From the NCBI GenBank assembly GCA_038496445.1, contig JALMLS010000271.1, positions 124,001 through 188,000 on the forward strand: a stretch of DNA of 64,000 nt, in the 5' to 3' direction. The position numbers and the translations under genes were made by a program. The notes below the pieces were generated by a model. That model ran no database searches. It was not told where the DNA came from and saw only the letters and a list, made by a program, of their open reading frames with translations. Origin of the DNA: Trichosphaerium sp. ATCC 40318 (lineage: Eukaryota > Protista > Tubulinea). Positions 1 through 17,164 of the stretch are shown piece after piece (position 1 is the first letter of the stretch; each line of letters starts with the position of its first letter).

Positions 1-978
1 ATTAACCTATCCTCTTCTCCATTGTTTACTGTAATAGATCCCTTTTGAGGCCTTAAAGAGATACATTAGCAAAGGAGTAAACAACAAACAAATTTGCAGT
101 AAAGAAAGTTAAAAAAACTTAGCATAAATGTTGTACGTACACTGGAGGTATATTACCCATTAATTTATCATGACGGGATTCTGTTTCTGCAACTAACTTA
201 TCTCGTAAAGCTGTACAATCCTTTGGATTTCTAAATGACTAATGAGGCGTCGAGTTTCGACAAGAAGACGAAAATGGAAAAGAAAAAAAAAATGGAAAAA
301 AAAGAACAAAGCCAAAGCACAAAACAAAAGCAATGAAATTGATCTGTATCTATTGGAACCAATGCAAAGTATAGTATATAATGCTTTAAGCGTATAATTG
401 GAACAAAATAGCCGCAAGGAATGTCAAGACTTAAAAAAAACGTTTAACCTTACCTGACATTATTCAAAAAGTCTATCTCTTCTTCTGCTTCGCAGTCCCT
501 GAACTCCCAGTATAGCTTCGTTGGTACTAAACAGATTTAAAAACAAAAGTACAATAAAACGGTCCAAAGTTGTTTTAATGAGAAGTCGTTAATGTATTAA
601 AGCGTAGGAGATGTTTTATTGTTCGTTTAACGGACCTAGCCAAGGTAAAAAGCATTTAAATGAGTCTTCTATTTGTACTGTGCATGCCTGCATTATTTGT
701 TCATCGTCTAAGCCTAACGTGGTGAACGAATCGCTGAAAAACATGTTAGCCGCATTGAGTTCACAAAACGTTGCCAAGTACATAAATTACTAAACGTACT
801 AGCAATCTTGCTCCTCTAAAGCCATTCTCGCACATCTGTCCAGTTCAACCTGTGCTAGTCTTATATTACGTTACATTTGTGCGTATGGAAGGCGTAGATG
901 TGATAATTACCTTTCTGTTTGTTCAATATTTACAATCTTGTTAATTTCGCTGTCATAAAACGTAGCGTCATCTAGCAT
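1..978 (-). CDS. Multi-exon hypothetical protein, runs off the left edge of the window
   Basis: ATG at 978 (MLDDATFYDSEINKIVNIEQTER...) followed by several GT-AG-bounded open exons. One junction (about 450-240) cannot be phased. No recognisable domain. Confidence 0.45.
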
Positions 979-1790
979 GATAGTATACTACGTTAGTTGT
1001 TGACTAAAAGCTGCTTACGGCAAGTTGCGTTGAGTTAAGTCGCCAACAGCTTAGAAAGCTCGCGACCGTCATGTGATGTAATAGAACCAATGAAATACTT
1101 GTTTTTGCGACAGTGAAAGGGTTGAATTTAACGGCGATTGTTTTTTCCTTTGTCCTTCGCTTAGGAACAGAGTAGACTTTGTAGACGATGGGTAGCGCGC
1201 AAAAACTTCTCTAGACAAAGTTTGTATTACGTTGTTGCCAGGTTCAATGTGCTGGGTGTTCAAACGAGCATAGGAAAAAACGTGATGTGCCAATAATAGA
1301 CTAGCACTACAGTGCTGTACAATCACGTATAATGAAGTGTTCAGGCAGTTCTACTGGGAAATTAGTTGAACTCAGAGGCTGAGAAAAAATGATTCTACAG
1401 CAATACTCTGAGCAGATATTCATAAAATACACCTTTACTATGTGCTGCTACAAAAAGCTTGTGTAGCAAATCAGGAGGTACAAAACAAGTCGTTATGTCC
1501 ACACTTAAAACCGTTCACAATGGTATAGTAAACATTGGCTGGAGAGAGCAATAGAGAGTACGTCATAAATAAAACACAAACCATTCTTTGAAACAGTTGT
1601 CTTTTAAACCACAGCCACAACCAACGTAGATTTAAGTGCATTGCTGTTGGATGTGAGAAAAAAAATGGAAAAGTTTACCCAAGAGCTACAAGTACTACTA
1701 TTTTTCTCTTAATAATGTGTTAAGCGCTCTTGCAACACAAACAGAAAAACTATATCAATAACGAACAATAACCTATAAGAAACAATCGTT

Positions 1791-5225
<3,435 letters not shown>

Positions 5226-5928
5226 AACAAAAAATGTTATTAAATAAATAAAAGAAAAACAAATTACAATCCCTCGTTATCTTCTTTGAAAAAAATTATT
5301 AATTTCAAACATCGGTAAGAAATCATGTGGACTGTAATGTAGCGAGGGCAGTCTACGGCGGTTTTTTTTCTTTAAACTACAATGATAACGACTTAACCGT
5401 AGTGGGAACTCTCAAGAGTTTGTTTACAATTTAGTAGTTCGTACTGGTAAGGCAACACAAAATCTCCAGTGTACATAGACGTTCTGGTGTATACACAATA
5501 GCCTCTTTTAAATTAAACCAACATCCACTATAACGACAAAATAGTTAATAGTACGTACAAAGGGTGTTACTTTAATACAACAATATAATTTCGTTGCTTT
5601 TTCAATAAGTTTAATCCGTTGAGTTCGTATCATACAAAACGTTTAACTATTTTTTTGCGACAAGCTCGCACAATAGGCACACGTAAGTCACTTCACTTTG
5701 TGCAGTTCTATTCACTTAAATCCTACTTTTTTTGATTAGCCCACCAAAACCCATCTTGCGGTTTTATTATGCGTATAAAACTGTTGGTTTCAATGTGGGC
5801 AAAAACCACAGTGTCTCAAGAATTTGAGCGACTTGGAACTGGCTTTTTTTCTCTTTTTTTTTTCCAACGAATGTTTGATTGACTGTGACGCCTACCTTGT
5901 CACAAAAGGTGCCAGCTAAACTGAAATA

Positions 5929-6980
5929 GTGGCAAGTAATGATGGAGAAGATTTACAGCACTTGAATGAAAAGCAAGAACACACTGATTTGATCAAAATC
6001 ACTCAGAACTTAAATGTACATGCTGGTTTCATTTGTTCATTTTTTTTGAAGATTTTCTCACAATCGACGCACTTGTATTTGCTAATGCAGCATAGGAAAA
6101 AAGGTCAGAATCAAATTATTGTCATCTATTGAAGCTTCCAGTTGAGATAATGCTTGATATAGCTGATATAGATATGGAAGTGTACCTTAAAATGCCACTT
6201 TTATCAAAACAGATAGCATGTGCAACTAGGTTCAATAGTGATTTGCTGAAACAGGGTAAGTGGTTGCAAGTACTCATCTACAACTATTATTTAAGATATT
6301 GTATCATACACAAACAGTGTTACTATGTCAATGGTATTCTAGACAGAGAATACAAAGAGTGGTCTTATTTAGGAGACAAGCTGGTTAAGCATTGCTTTTA
6401 TACAAATGGTATACTAGATGGAGAGTACAAACAATGGTGGAGATACAGCCAATGGTACAGAGATGATATCTCACAATTGCATTGTTTCTATGTAAATGGT
6501 AAACTAGATGGAGAATACAAAACATGGTCTAACTACAACGGTGGTACATTGTGTTTGCATTGTTTCTATTCAAATGGAAAACTTGATGGAGAATACAAAG
6601 AATGGTTCAAGAATGGAGTATTGAAAATACATTGCTTCTATTCAAATGGTAAACTTGATGGAGAATACAAAAAGTGGTCTAAGAATGGTAAAACACTTTG
6701 TTACTATACAAATGGAAAATACAATGGAGAGTACAAAAAGTGGTATACTGGATGGGCTGACGATGTCTTGATTAGACAATATTTTTACATTAATGGTAGA
6801 TTAAATGGTGAGTTCAAGCAGTGGAGTAACACAGGTATGTTAGTGAAAAAATGTGGTTATGTGAGTGGCAAACGTGAAGGAGAGTACAAGGAGTTCTATG
6901 ATAGTGGTGAGGTAAAAAAGCAGTGTTACTATTCAAATGATAAACTAGATGGAGAGGTAAACATAGTAGGCAACCAGTAG
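5929..6980 (+). CDS. F-box-like plus MORN-variant repeat protein
   Basis: LKLPVEIMLDIA F-box-like start, then about 9 repeats of HCFYxNGKLDGEYKxW in one exon. Intron 6016-6095 (GTACAT...GCTAAT...CATAG) joins the 5929 ORF in frame. True start codon unresolved. Confidence 0.8.
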
Positions 6981-7154
6981 CATAAGAGTTCATGATTAGA
7001 TAATGCTAGCAAATGACTATCACAATAAATTAGATAGAAACACTGTAAAAATAAAACAAACAAAACACTTCATTCAAGTACAGTTTTTTTTTAGCTGGTG
7101 AGTCTCGCAATTTTTGTGTTTGGTCTGCATGCGACATACAGAAAACATACATTA

Positions 7155-9216
7155 TTATTGGCCTGCAGATGCTGTGGCTTTTGGTGCTTTACCAGCTACA
7201 TAACCACAAGGTAACCAATCCTTGAAAGGATAATCTAACAACATCAAAAAACTGAACATAAGAAAAAAAACAAGAAGCAGAAAAATTCTAATGTTGTAAT
7301 TCTTTTCTACGCTTCTATAATAGAAATTTGTTTACCTGGGTGTCTAGATGTCTCAGCCCATATACAGTGACGCCATCCAATATTAAGTCTATCGAAAACA
7401 GCAATATCTTGAGGTGTAAGAGTAAAGTCAAAAATAGATATATTCTCCTTAATTCTTCCAGCATTTGTGCTTTTAGGACATGCACAGCATCCTATTTAAA
7501 CAACTATTAATAATGTAGACTATTTAATATAATCACAAACCTCTTCTAGTATGCCATCTAAGAACTACTTGGGCAACTGACTTGTTATACTTCTTGGCAA
7601 TACTTTTTTTTTGAAAAAAGTTAATAAAAGATAAAAGTAGTTTCCTTCCCAACTCACTCACCTTACAAGAGCAGGATCTTTTAGTAATTCATGTCCTGAA
7701 ATAGGTAAGCCACTTGATAGACTACCTTCTTTTGCCCACGGTCTATCAAAAGAACCTAAAAAAATCGGTTAACAAAGTCAACATGAACTTCCATAAACAG
7801 TTTGGCATACCAAGTGGAGAATAAGCTTGAAACTGAATTCCAGCAGCTCTACAAAAATCCAACATATCCTTATTCTGCAAGTATGGATGTCCTTCGTTCT
7901 GTAGTATAGCTGGCTTGTGTTTTTTTGTAGCAGTGAGAATATCACGGATCTGAGCTTGATTGAAATTCGAAAGTCCAATACAACGGACTTTCCCTTCATC
8001 AACAAGAGTTTCCTTACCACCCTTATTAGTACAAATTCCTCTCAGTCAATTTATGCGTACCATTACTTCCCATGCTTCAAGGAATCCAGTCTCATTATCA
8101 GTAGCATATCTACCATCATCATCAAGAGGGAACATTGTGCCCTTTTGAAAAATGAGAAAAAAAAAGTAAGTTGCTTTTTATTGTTTTTGGTTACCTCAGC
8201 TTTTGGCGCTGGATAGTTTCCGTGTTTCAGTAGGGCTGCGGCTTTACCTAGAGAAAATATTAATCACGTGCTATATCAGAAAGAGCGAAAAATTGTGGAA
8301 GAACAAAAAAGGTTGAAATGTCCTTTTTTTTCCCTGCTTTCCTTACCTGTAGAAGGACAAGATTGTGGCCAATGGATGATGAATGAATCAACGTAATCTA
8401 TTTTTAAATCTTCCAAAGACGCTTCTAAGTCTTGTATAACATGTTCTTTCTTATGGTTACTATTCCACAACTTACACTGTATAAACAGCTCCTACAACAA
8501 AAAAAAGTAAGTAAGCGAATTCGTAAGCCCATGAATTCGGCATACAAAAAATTATCACGTGACGATAAACAATTTTCAAAAAATGACAAAGCAACAATAG
8601 GGAACTAAAAGTATGTATGGTTTAATATAGACATGGTACAGTAAAACCACATTGCAAACATTAAAAAATGTTTCAAAAAAAAAAAAGTCTTGTTGCATAT
8701 TTTCGTTTGTATGTAATTTTGCAATTCTAACTTAGCAGTTTCCCATACCACCTGCAATAGGGAATAAAAAATATTCATGTTTTCACCAAAAGTGTTTTGA
8801 AAGAGGCTGGTTTTTTCGAAGTGAAAAGTTTTTTTTTGAGTTGTACTTTTCTTGTTACGACTCCTTCGCTTATAAGTTGCTGAATAGCGTCTCCAACCTC
8901 TTTTTCGTTACCATAATCGTTAGCACCTGCGTATTAGCAGTATTAGAAGGGGTATTCATCAATATCATCCGTACAGTCAATGCCGCGGTAACCGCAGCGT
9001 ACAGCGTCTATAACAGCCTGTTTTACGGCGCCTTATGGTGTTATGAGCGAACGTTTAAGCGATTTTACTCAAAACGAACCTTTAGGCGACTTCCATGTAC
9101 CCAAACTGATATACTAGATGCGTTCGTGAGTATTAAACCGTTAATAAAATGATTTGTACAGGCATAAACACTCCAGGTGCATTTTTAAGCTCTACGCTGT
9201 TCTTTCCTTCTGCCAT
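7155..9216 (-). CDS. Aldo-keto reductase
   Basis: Spliced: LGTWKS, GYRGIDCANDYGNEKEVG, LFIQCKLWNSNH, DYVDSFIIHWP, IGLSNF, QNEGHPY, AYSPLGS, PKS. Catalytic D/Y/K/H tetrad present. Confidence 0.92.
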
Positions 9217-9414
9217 TGTACTTTCAAACTCTTTCAGTGTCAACAACGTCTTATACGACCTTAACCGGCTTGACTTTCGTTTACTTCGCCGCATATCGAG
9301 CTAACATCACAAATCCACTTGTTTGATCATCGATACGCTATCATTGTTTGTTCGAACCAGGTTTACAGCTTCTTTCCGTTTTTAAGCAAAATTTAAGGCA
9401 CGTGTTGTTCTGAA

Positions 9415-11274
9415 ATGTCAAAACGTGAAACGACGCCTCTCCTGCCAAAGGGGAGTAAAGACAATAACAGTGAAGACAAAGATGACGTGTGGTAAGTTCT
9501 TTTAAATAAATTTTTGTTTGCCAGTGATAAAACGAATTCGTAGGTACGCTAAGTGGGATGGTAAGCGATATAAAATACTTGGCATATGTTGCTTTGCATA
9601 CATGTTACTACCTTTATGTGAGTTCGCAAAATCTCTTCAAAACAGAGCCGTAAAGGACAAGAAATATCAATTCAAGCTTTTTTAACCTCAAATCACGTGA
9701 ACAATTTTTTTTTTCTTGTTGACTTTCGTTTAGCTGCTAATATGTTCTTCCCGCTACTACCTTTTGTAAGAGATGATCTAAACACTACTGACGGTCTTAT
9801 ATCACTAACAGTAGCTTTTGATACGCTTGGGATAGGGTTAATACCAGTACGTAGCAATTCAAAGCGTTTCTTTTGCTCCAAGTGAGGTCCTAGTTTTGAT
9901 AGATTTTCTTTAGATTGTTTTTGGCACTATAGCGGATAGATATGGTCGTAAGTTATCATTGATGATGTCCCTATCGATGGCGTTATTGCTATACTGTGCA
10001 TCAGCGTACATAGCAATTTGCCTTGCAGTTCTAATCGGCTTTTTTTTCAGGTTTTCCCACAATGTATGGATGCTTGTTGGCACTCGGTTTTTTGGTTTCG
10101 GCGGTATGTTCACCAAGTATTAGCTAAGCTAAATATTAAACAAGGCCTTGGAGTTGTGTTGACAGTACCTCCTTCTATCATTGGGGATGTATTCCCAGCG
10201 AAATCCAGAGCAAAGGCTCACGTAAAACTACAGCTATTAATACATTTTCAAACTTTTCACTTAGGGATGGTACTCAGCTGTTGGCGCTGCTGGTGGCGTA
10301 CTTGGACCAATTCTAGGAGGAAATATTGACGAGTGGCTTGGATGGAGAGCTGTTATTTTCGCACGTGAAGAGTGTGAAGTAGGCTTATAGTAATGTTTAG
10401 ATAACTTCAGGATGTATTTTACTTGTGCTCTTAACTATTGTTCTTTTTCTTGAAGAAACGAGACCTCCACAGCTCGTTTCAAAAAAATCATTCAACCCAT
10501 TTCACACGCTGGTATTATTCAAATATCCAGAGTTGACCGCTGCTTCAGTTTATTGGGGTATCATGGGTGCCTTGAGAAACTCAGTTCTTGCAACTTTGCC
10601 AGTAAGCCACCTTTATTTAAGTTCAGCTAACTTATTGGCTTACAGATCTTCTTGGCTGGCGATATCTATAACCTCTCTCCATCTCTTACAAGCTACAGTT
10701 TCTTAGCGTATAGATCTGGTTTTGTTGTTGGATCGATGATAAGCGGATATCTGGCCTCTTTAGGCCTGAAATGGTTTGGGAAAGCTGGACGTCTTTTTTT
10801 CCCAGTTCTATGTACTGTTATCATCTTTAATGCTACCACTCGCTGACACCTGTCTTCAAAGGTCTCACTTTTGTGTGTGGTGTAGGTTCAGCGTATGGCT
10901 TTGCCATAGAATACGGGAACTTGGCATTACTTTTATGTGTATCCTTCACGCTCTCAATGTTGATTTCTTCGAACAGATCTGGAGTGACTTATTTCGGAAT
11001 TGAGTTTAAGCCAGAATACTCTGGTGAGTTTTCTTCACTAGTATGGGTTGTATATGGCGTAGCTTGTGCTATTGTTGTATCTGTTATATTCCCTGTTATG
11101 GATCGTGTTGGTACAGGGATGTTTCATGTCTATTTATGTGCTGTTGTGTTTGTTTCTGGAATACCTCTCTTTGTTGTTGGTTTGAGGAGTTACTTCAAAC
11201 AGAAACATGAAGAGAGAATAATTAAGGATGTATTATTGATGGATACTATAAGTAATGGGAAAGATAAGAAATAA
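9415..11274 (+). CDS. Major facilitator superfamily transporter (DHA1-like)
   Basis: Spliced: GTIADRYGRK (MFS motif A), IIGDVFPAKSRAKA, LGPILGG...LGWRAVIF, LFLEETRP, with multiple hydrophobic segments. Confidence 0.9.
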
Positions 11275-11377
11275 AGATACAGTTGATATCAATTAAGGTT
11301 TCAAGAAGAAGAGCTTCGTTTTAACCCTAAACAAAATTACTCTAAGTTTTTACTAAGATATGTCGAGCAAACTGAGT

Positions 11378-11538
11378 CTTGCAAGGCAAATTGCTATTTA
11401 CGCTGATGCACAGCAATAATACCATTGAAAGAGACATAACTAGTGATAGCTTATGACTACATCTATACGCTAACACTAATTTAAAGGATCTACCAACCGG
11501 AACTCACCACAATCAAAAGACGAAGGAAAACAAGTACC
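11378..11538 (-). pseudogene. Inverted, decayed partial copy of the MFS gene (exon plus flanking intron, homologous to about 9847-10029)
   Basis: Reverse complement TAGCGTATAGATGTAGTCATAAGCTATCA...CTGTGCATCAGCGTAAATAGCAATTTGCCTTGCA aligns with TAGCGGATAGATATGGTCGTAAGTTATCA...CTGTGCATCAGCGTACATAGCAATTTGCCTTGCA at about 9930-10027. Confidence 0.75.
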
Positions 11539-11699
11539 ATTTTTTTTTTGTTTTGTAGTGTCGCTTTAACGCAGCAATTTTCCCGATTGGGGTCCTATCG
11601 GATCTCACAGATGTCAAAGTTTTTCAACATTAAATTCGTGGAAATTGGTCAAAAGATTTCTCGAAAAAATCATCCACGTGGCAAAGTACGCAGTGAGCC

Positions 11700-12784
11700 A
11701 TGGATCGAGCTGAAAAGAATAAAAAACAGCTTAAATTGGCGTCTAATACACCGAATAAAAGGTAAAAGCCGGCGTTTGAACTGTATTGCTCTAAAGTAAC
11801 AGTTGTAGTGCTCAAACAAAGTTATTGGACATGCCTATTGAGATTCTGGCGAAAATTTTAACTCATACAAACGATCGATTTGCGGCTTGTCAAACATGTC
11901 TTATACTTTCTTATGTTATTCACGATATTGTTGGGTACCATAGCATACGTATAACAACAGAAGAACAAGCAAAAGAAGTTGTAAAACACAAAGGAATCAT
12001 TAAACACACAAAAATCAACTTAGTATCAGATGAAAATGGGTTTCCTTCTGATAAGATTCTAGAAAAATTTGCTGGAGTTCATACTATTTATCTACAGTGT
12101 TCACGTGTTACAGATGAAGGAATAAAATCACTTGCTGGTGTTCATACTATTGATCTATTAGGAAACCGCACTGTTACAGATGAAGGCATAAAATCACTTG
12201 CTGGTGTTCATTCTATTGAGCTTTACAGTACTAATGTGACAGATGAAGGTGTCAAAGCACTCAAAGGTGTTCATAAAATTAGCCTTTCGACTGGAGTGAC
12301 AGATGAAGGATTAAAAGCTTTGGCAGGTGTTCACACCATTGTCTTATGGGGAACGCCTGATAACGTTACAGACAAAGGAATCAAGGCGCTCAAAGATGTC
12401 CATGAGATTAGACTTGCCTCTCCAAAAAAAGACTGGTTCAAACATCTTTGCAATATTCACTCTGTCGTTCTTGCTTATGTATCACATTTAACTGATGATG
12501 ATTTACAAGCATTGACCAATGTTAAATGCCTTGAGATTTATATTTGCCCTAACATAACTGACCTGGCTTTTGAGACATTGGTCAACCTTGAGCAACTCAA
12601 ACTGATTGGACTTGGCAATATTACCAATGGTTGTTTGAAATACTTAAAGTCTTTAAAACGTTTAATATCTATGGGGTATTCTGGTATTACAAAAGACGCT
12701 GTTGAGTCAATGGGTATCCAATATGTAAAGTTAAATAAGTACAAAATACCATATAGTGTATTTCAAGAAAGATTTAGCTCTTAA
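11700..12784 (+). CDS. F-box-like plus LRR protein ('VTDEGIKSLAGVHTIDL' repeats)
   Basis: LLDMPIEILAKIL F-box-like motif, then about 22-24 aa LRR units. ATG at 11700 plus a 41-nt intron (11762-11802) joins in frame to the 11825 ORF. Confidence 0.8.
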
Positions 12785-13320
12785 CATTACTTTTGTTGTA
12801 GTTTTTTCTTCTCTTAAATCTGTTTGAAATCTCCTGTGTTTGCCTTAATGAATGTATTTTTAGTTTCAGTCTACATTAGTTAGCTGTTGTACTTCCAACC
12901 AACAACCTTATGTAACAGTTGAGTTTCCAAAATCACAGGTTGGTGATAGAAGAATGTAAACTGATTTCCCTTTTTTTTTTTTTACTCCAACTCAAAATGT
13001 GTATGTTATGTGTTATGTAGTTGGTGGAGCACGTGAGTGTCTCCTCGAGTATAGGAGGTATGCATTCAGTTTCAAGGTGTTGCTAATTGAGTAGTTATAC
13101 CAAAAGGCTACTGGAATATAAGGCATCAACGTCAGCGATTTGATGACATCGTTTTCTTCCAACGAGCAATTTAACTCAACACATAAATGTGTCATCACTG
13201 TAATCTTTAGTAGTATACTCTTATTATTTATTAACCTTGTTTACAGCGAAATTGGCTCTATACATTTGTGAGCAGTATCACCATTTTGTAAAAAGGCAAA
13301 ATGATAGACAATTCTTTTGG

Positions 13321-16179
13321 TTAACTTGAGCAACGTTCACTTGATCCATTTATAGCCTTTAAAGCCTTCTCACGTGCTGTTGATTTATATTCATTTCTTA
13401 CTTGTATTATTTTTTGAATAGATGACCGAGGAGATGTTTTATGAAGGAAAGGATGCTACAAAAGAAAAAAATGGTTAAACAAGAAAAAAACAAGAAAAAA
13501 AACCAGTTGTGTTCATTCACTTAAGCTATTTTTTTCAAGTATTTCTGTCATCACATGTGATTAATTTCTTACCTTTAGTAAATCTCTTGCTGTTGTTCTT
13601 TTTTTTGGATCAGGTTGAACACATTCGCTATAAAACGATTTTAAGTTTGGTGACCATTTATTACTAGTCAAAGGAGGTAATCCTTGTGTCACTGTAATAT
13701 ACATTGCTCGTAATGGTAGCTCATCCAAATAAGGAGGGTTACCCTAAATATAAAAATAAGTAAAAACTTTTTCCTCTTAATGCCATCGACTCTGTTGGTT
13801 GTCTCAACACGTCAAAAGAAAAAAAAAGCACAATTATCTTTTCGTCATTTCCTAGTTTCAAGTGTATCACGTGCCTCAATCATTTCTCTCAGAGTTATTC
13901 CAAGACTATATACATCAATCTTAGTATCATAACTCATACCACGTATAAGCTAAAGACACGGAAGTAAGTAAGAAAGAACAATCCAAAAGAACAACTCTTT
14001 TGTTACTCTAAGTAACTAGCAAAAAAATACCTCTGGAGCCATCCAATATGTAGTACCAACAGTAGTCTGCCTTGCATCACGCTCTTGGCTTAGTTGTACA
14101 GAGAATCCAAAATCAGCTAGATAATACATGTACGTTAACAGAATGTCCCAAAAATGTTACTTTGGTTTTTTACCTATTTTAATATCTCCAGCGGCGTTTA
14201 TGAGTAAGTTATCAGATTTTATGTCCTTTGTGATTTTGTTAGCGATAGTATTTTAAATGCTAGTACCCTATGTATTCTGTGAAGAGAATGTAGATAACTC
14301 AATCCTTTTAGAGTCTAGATAGTGGATCAACAAAAAAATTGAATTTTTCTCTCCGTTTTTTGAAACAACTGAAAAGGTCACGTGGCTGTGACGTTCGTAC
14401 CTCTCCACATACAAACGCTATTTCATACTCGCTTAAACGTAAACCTGCATCAAAGAATTCTAGTATATCATAAAGAGACCCAGCTTGCATGAACTAGGAC
14501 GCAAAAGGTTAACACAAAGCGCAAGCTTAAAAAAGTGTGTTTTGTCTTCAAGAGTACCTCCATTGCTATCCAAAGCATACAATCTTCTGTAAATGCATCA
14601 TAAAATCTAACTACATTAGGGTGCTCTGACTCTTTCATCATAGCAACCTCAGCAGCCATTAACGAAGCTAAAAAAAAGATTAACAAAAAACATACTACTT
14701 TTCAAGCTAAAAATAACTTGCCATTATCTGCGTCAATTTTCATTTTTTTCAATGCTACCCAGTTACCTTCTGTATCAATTGCTTTAAATACGTCACCCAC
14801 ACCACTAACAAAAAAAAATCAATTATATACAGAGTCATGAACAATAGAACATGTCAAGACGAAGAAAAAAAAAGAAGTTTTTTGATTCAACAAATACTGC
14901 TCAACGCTGTACCCTGTTCCTATTTTTGTAAGTGACACATAGTTTGTCAACACATTATCACTCAGTAGAGACACTACGGACAAAAATGAGTTGTGTTATT
15001 TCGATGCTGAAGGAGGTTACCTAAAGTCGGAACATTTGCTTTTGAAGGCAAAGGAACTGGTTCGTATTTGCCTTCTTGAAGGCTTTGATAGAAACTACAT
15101 ACTTCCACAGCAGCTTCTTTCTCTTTTTCGTTCTATAAATATAAAGTTAAGCCTTCAGATCACGTGGACACGGTGTAACAAATAGTGAAAAACAACGTAC
15201 ACAAACCACAATACCCTGCTCAATAAGCCATTTTTCCCATGAAGGTGGAAGTCCAGTTAATCCTGTACGTGCATTCATATCAACATGTATATGATGTTGT
15301 ACATCAAACGGAGCTCCAACAATACTATAGTCAGCTCTAAAGTTGATTAGTTATCTAAAAATCTCAACTGAACGGAAATACATCAAAGAAAAAAATTTAC
15401 TGTTGGATTCAAAGAATGGGCTCGAGTAAGTTCCTTAAATAGGAAAGATACAAACTCACCCCAAGTCATGTCTATAATCAAAAATGACGCAAGACAATAT
15501 AAACAATACGCTCAATGAAGAAAGTTAAAGCAATTTAGCGCTAAGGTTCGGAAAATCGAAAAAAGTAATTTCTGGTCCGAATATAGCTGAGTACCCTTTG
15601 TTTAATGCGTCTATCCAGTCCTTGAGTAATATCGCGTTCATACAATCAATATAAAAGACCTTTTGGCTTGTCGTTGAAGTTATGCATAGAACGTGAGGTC
15701 TCTTTTGAGAACCAGTGTTAAACTTAGCAGAGGGCACCGCAGTAGCGTTTTCAAGCCGGATGACGCCTGTTAAGCGTTCTAAGCGCTAGTTTGGTTTAGT
15801 ATTGATTTTAATTGCCAGAAACGCTTTAAAATAACGTTTTAAGGCGTCAAGTACACTTTGGCGGTTGAGAACCAAAAGAAAACTGCAAGTGCCGTTTTTG
15901 TCTGTTTGAAATGGTACATGACTGGGTGACTACGTACATTTTCGCTTTTAAAGTATAATAAACGATTGTCTTTGAGTACAAACCAACGTTTCTTCCAATT
16001 TTTTCTCACATGGCCTTTGAAGACGTTAGAACGCGTCGGTACGACAGTGACAACCTCTTTTGGTCAAGTATCCTGTCTTATCTGGTGAAGCGCGTGATCC
16101 GGCTATAAACTAGATAGAATAAGGCCAAAAATCCTTTAAAAATACGTACAGCATCGTCTATAAGCTGTTGTGGTTCCAT
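13321..16179 (-). CDS. PAK: p21-activated kinase (STE20 family) with PH and CRIB domains (PakC/Cla4-type architecture)
   Basis: PH: [27 protein letters not shown]: [14 protein letters not shown]...GLPPSWE. Kinase: [33 protein letters not shown]. Confidence 0.93.
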
Positions 16180-17164
16180 TGAGAGTGAAATATAAATATG
16201 ACACGGAACTTAACCAAAAACTGCAATTCGCGGATATGATATCATTGGTAAGATTGTTGACGCTCTATTCAATAGTGTACGCATTGGAAAGCTTCGTTAA
16301 GTTAAAACAAAGTACAATAACGGTTTTTATCATTACTTCCGCTAGTTGCTATTGATACGCGCTACTGACGCTTGTTTGAATGCGTTCATTGTTATAAAAG
16401 CTTTCAAAACGTGTATTAACCTGCCATAGACCCAAACTCGAAGATATACAGCAGAACTAAGACAACAAGCTTGTTTAGTTGCGTCTGAAATACTTCTTAG
16501 TCCTATGAGTGTGTCATTGTGATGTAAACGTGATTTATTACTTCAGCTTCACATCTTGCATGAGTGTTGGTGAAGTAATCATTTGTAACCTCGACTCATG
16601 GGAAAAACAGTTTGTTGAACAAAAAATGCAAAAAAAACCAGAAAGAGAAAAGAAACTAATTCCTTCCATCTCTTTTTTTCCATGTTTGTTAACCGACTTC
16701 ACCTTTGTGTCTAAACCGTGTTACACCCCAAATTGTCGTTACCAGGCGAAACCGCTTCGTTAACATCTCTAGTCAGATCAGACATCTAAGAAGAACCCTC
16801 AGCCTTATATTGTGCTAGAGGACATTGTATTATTTCTCAAAGTTTTAATATTTTTTATTCATTGTTGATAAGCAACGGAAACATTTTCTTCTTTACAAAA
16901 CGGTGCAAGTATCCTGTTACAAGTTGTTTACATTAACAAGATGCAAGAACTTTTTCAAATTCTAAGCGTTGAGCTTCCCACCAGGAATAGTTCAGGTCTT
17001 GCAATCTCACTTTTTAACTGTAATCTACCAACCGTTTCAAACCCACGTGATTTAAATATTTTATATGACACCTAGCTGCGTTTAAAAAGCGTACAGCAAA
17101 CGCTGGTGGGGTTTTGGGAGGTTTTAACGTTAGTACACCTTCATTGATGTTTGGATGCTGCCAC

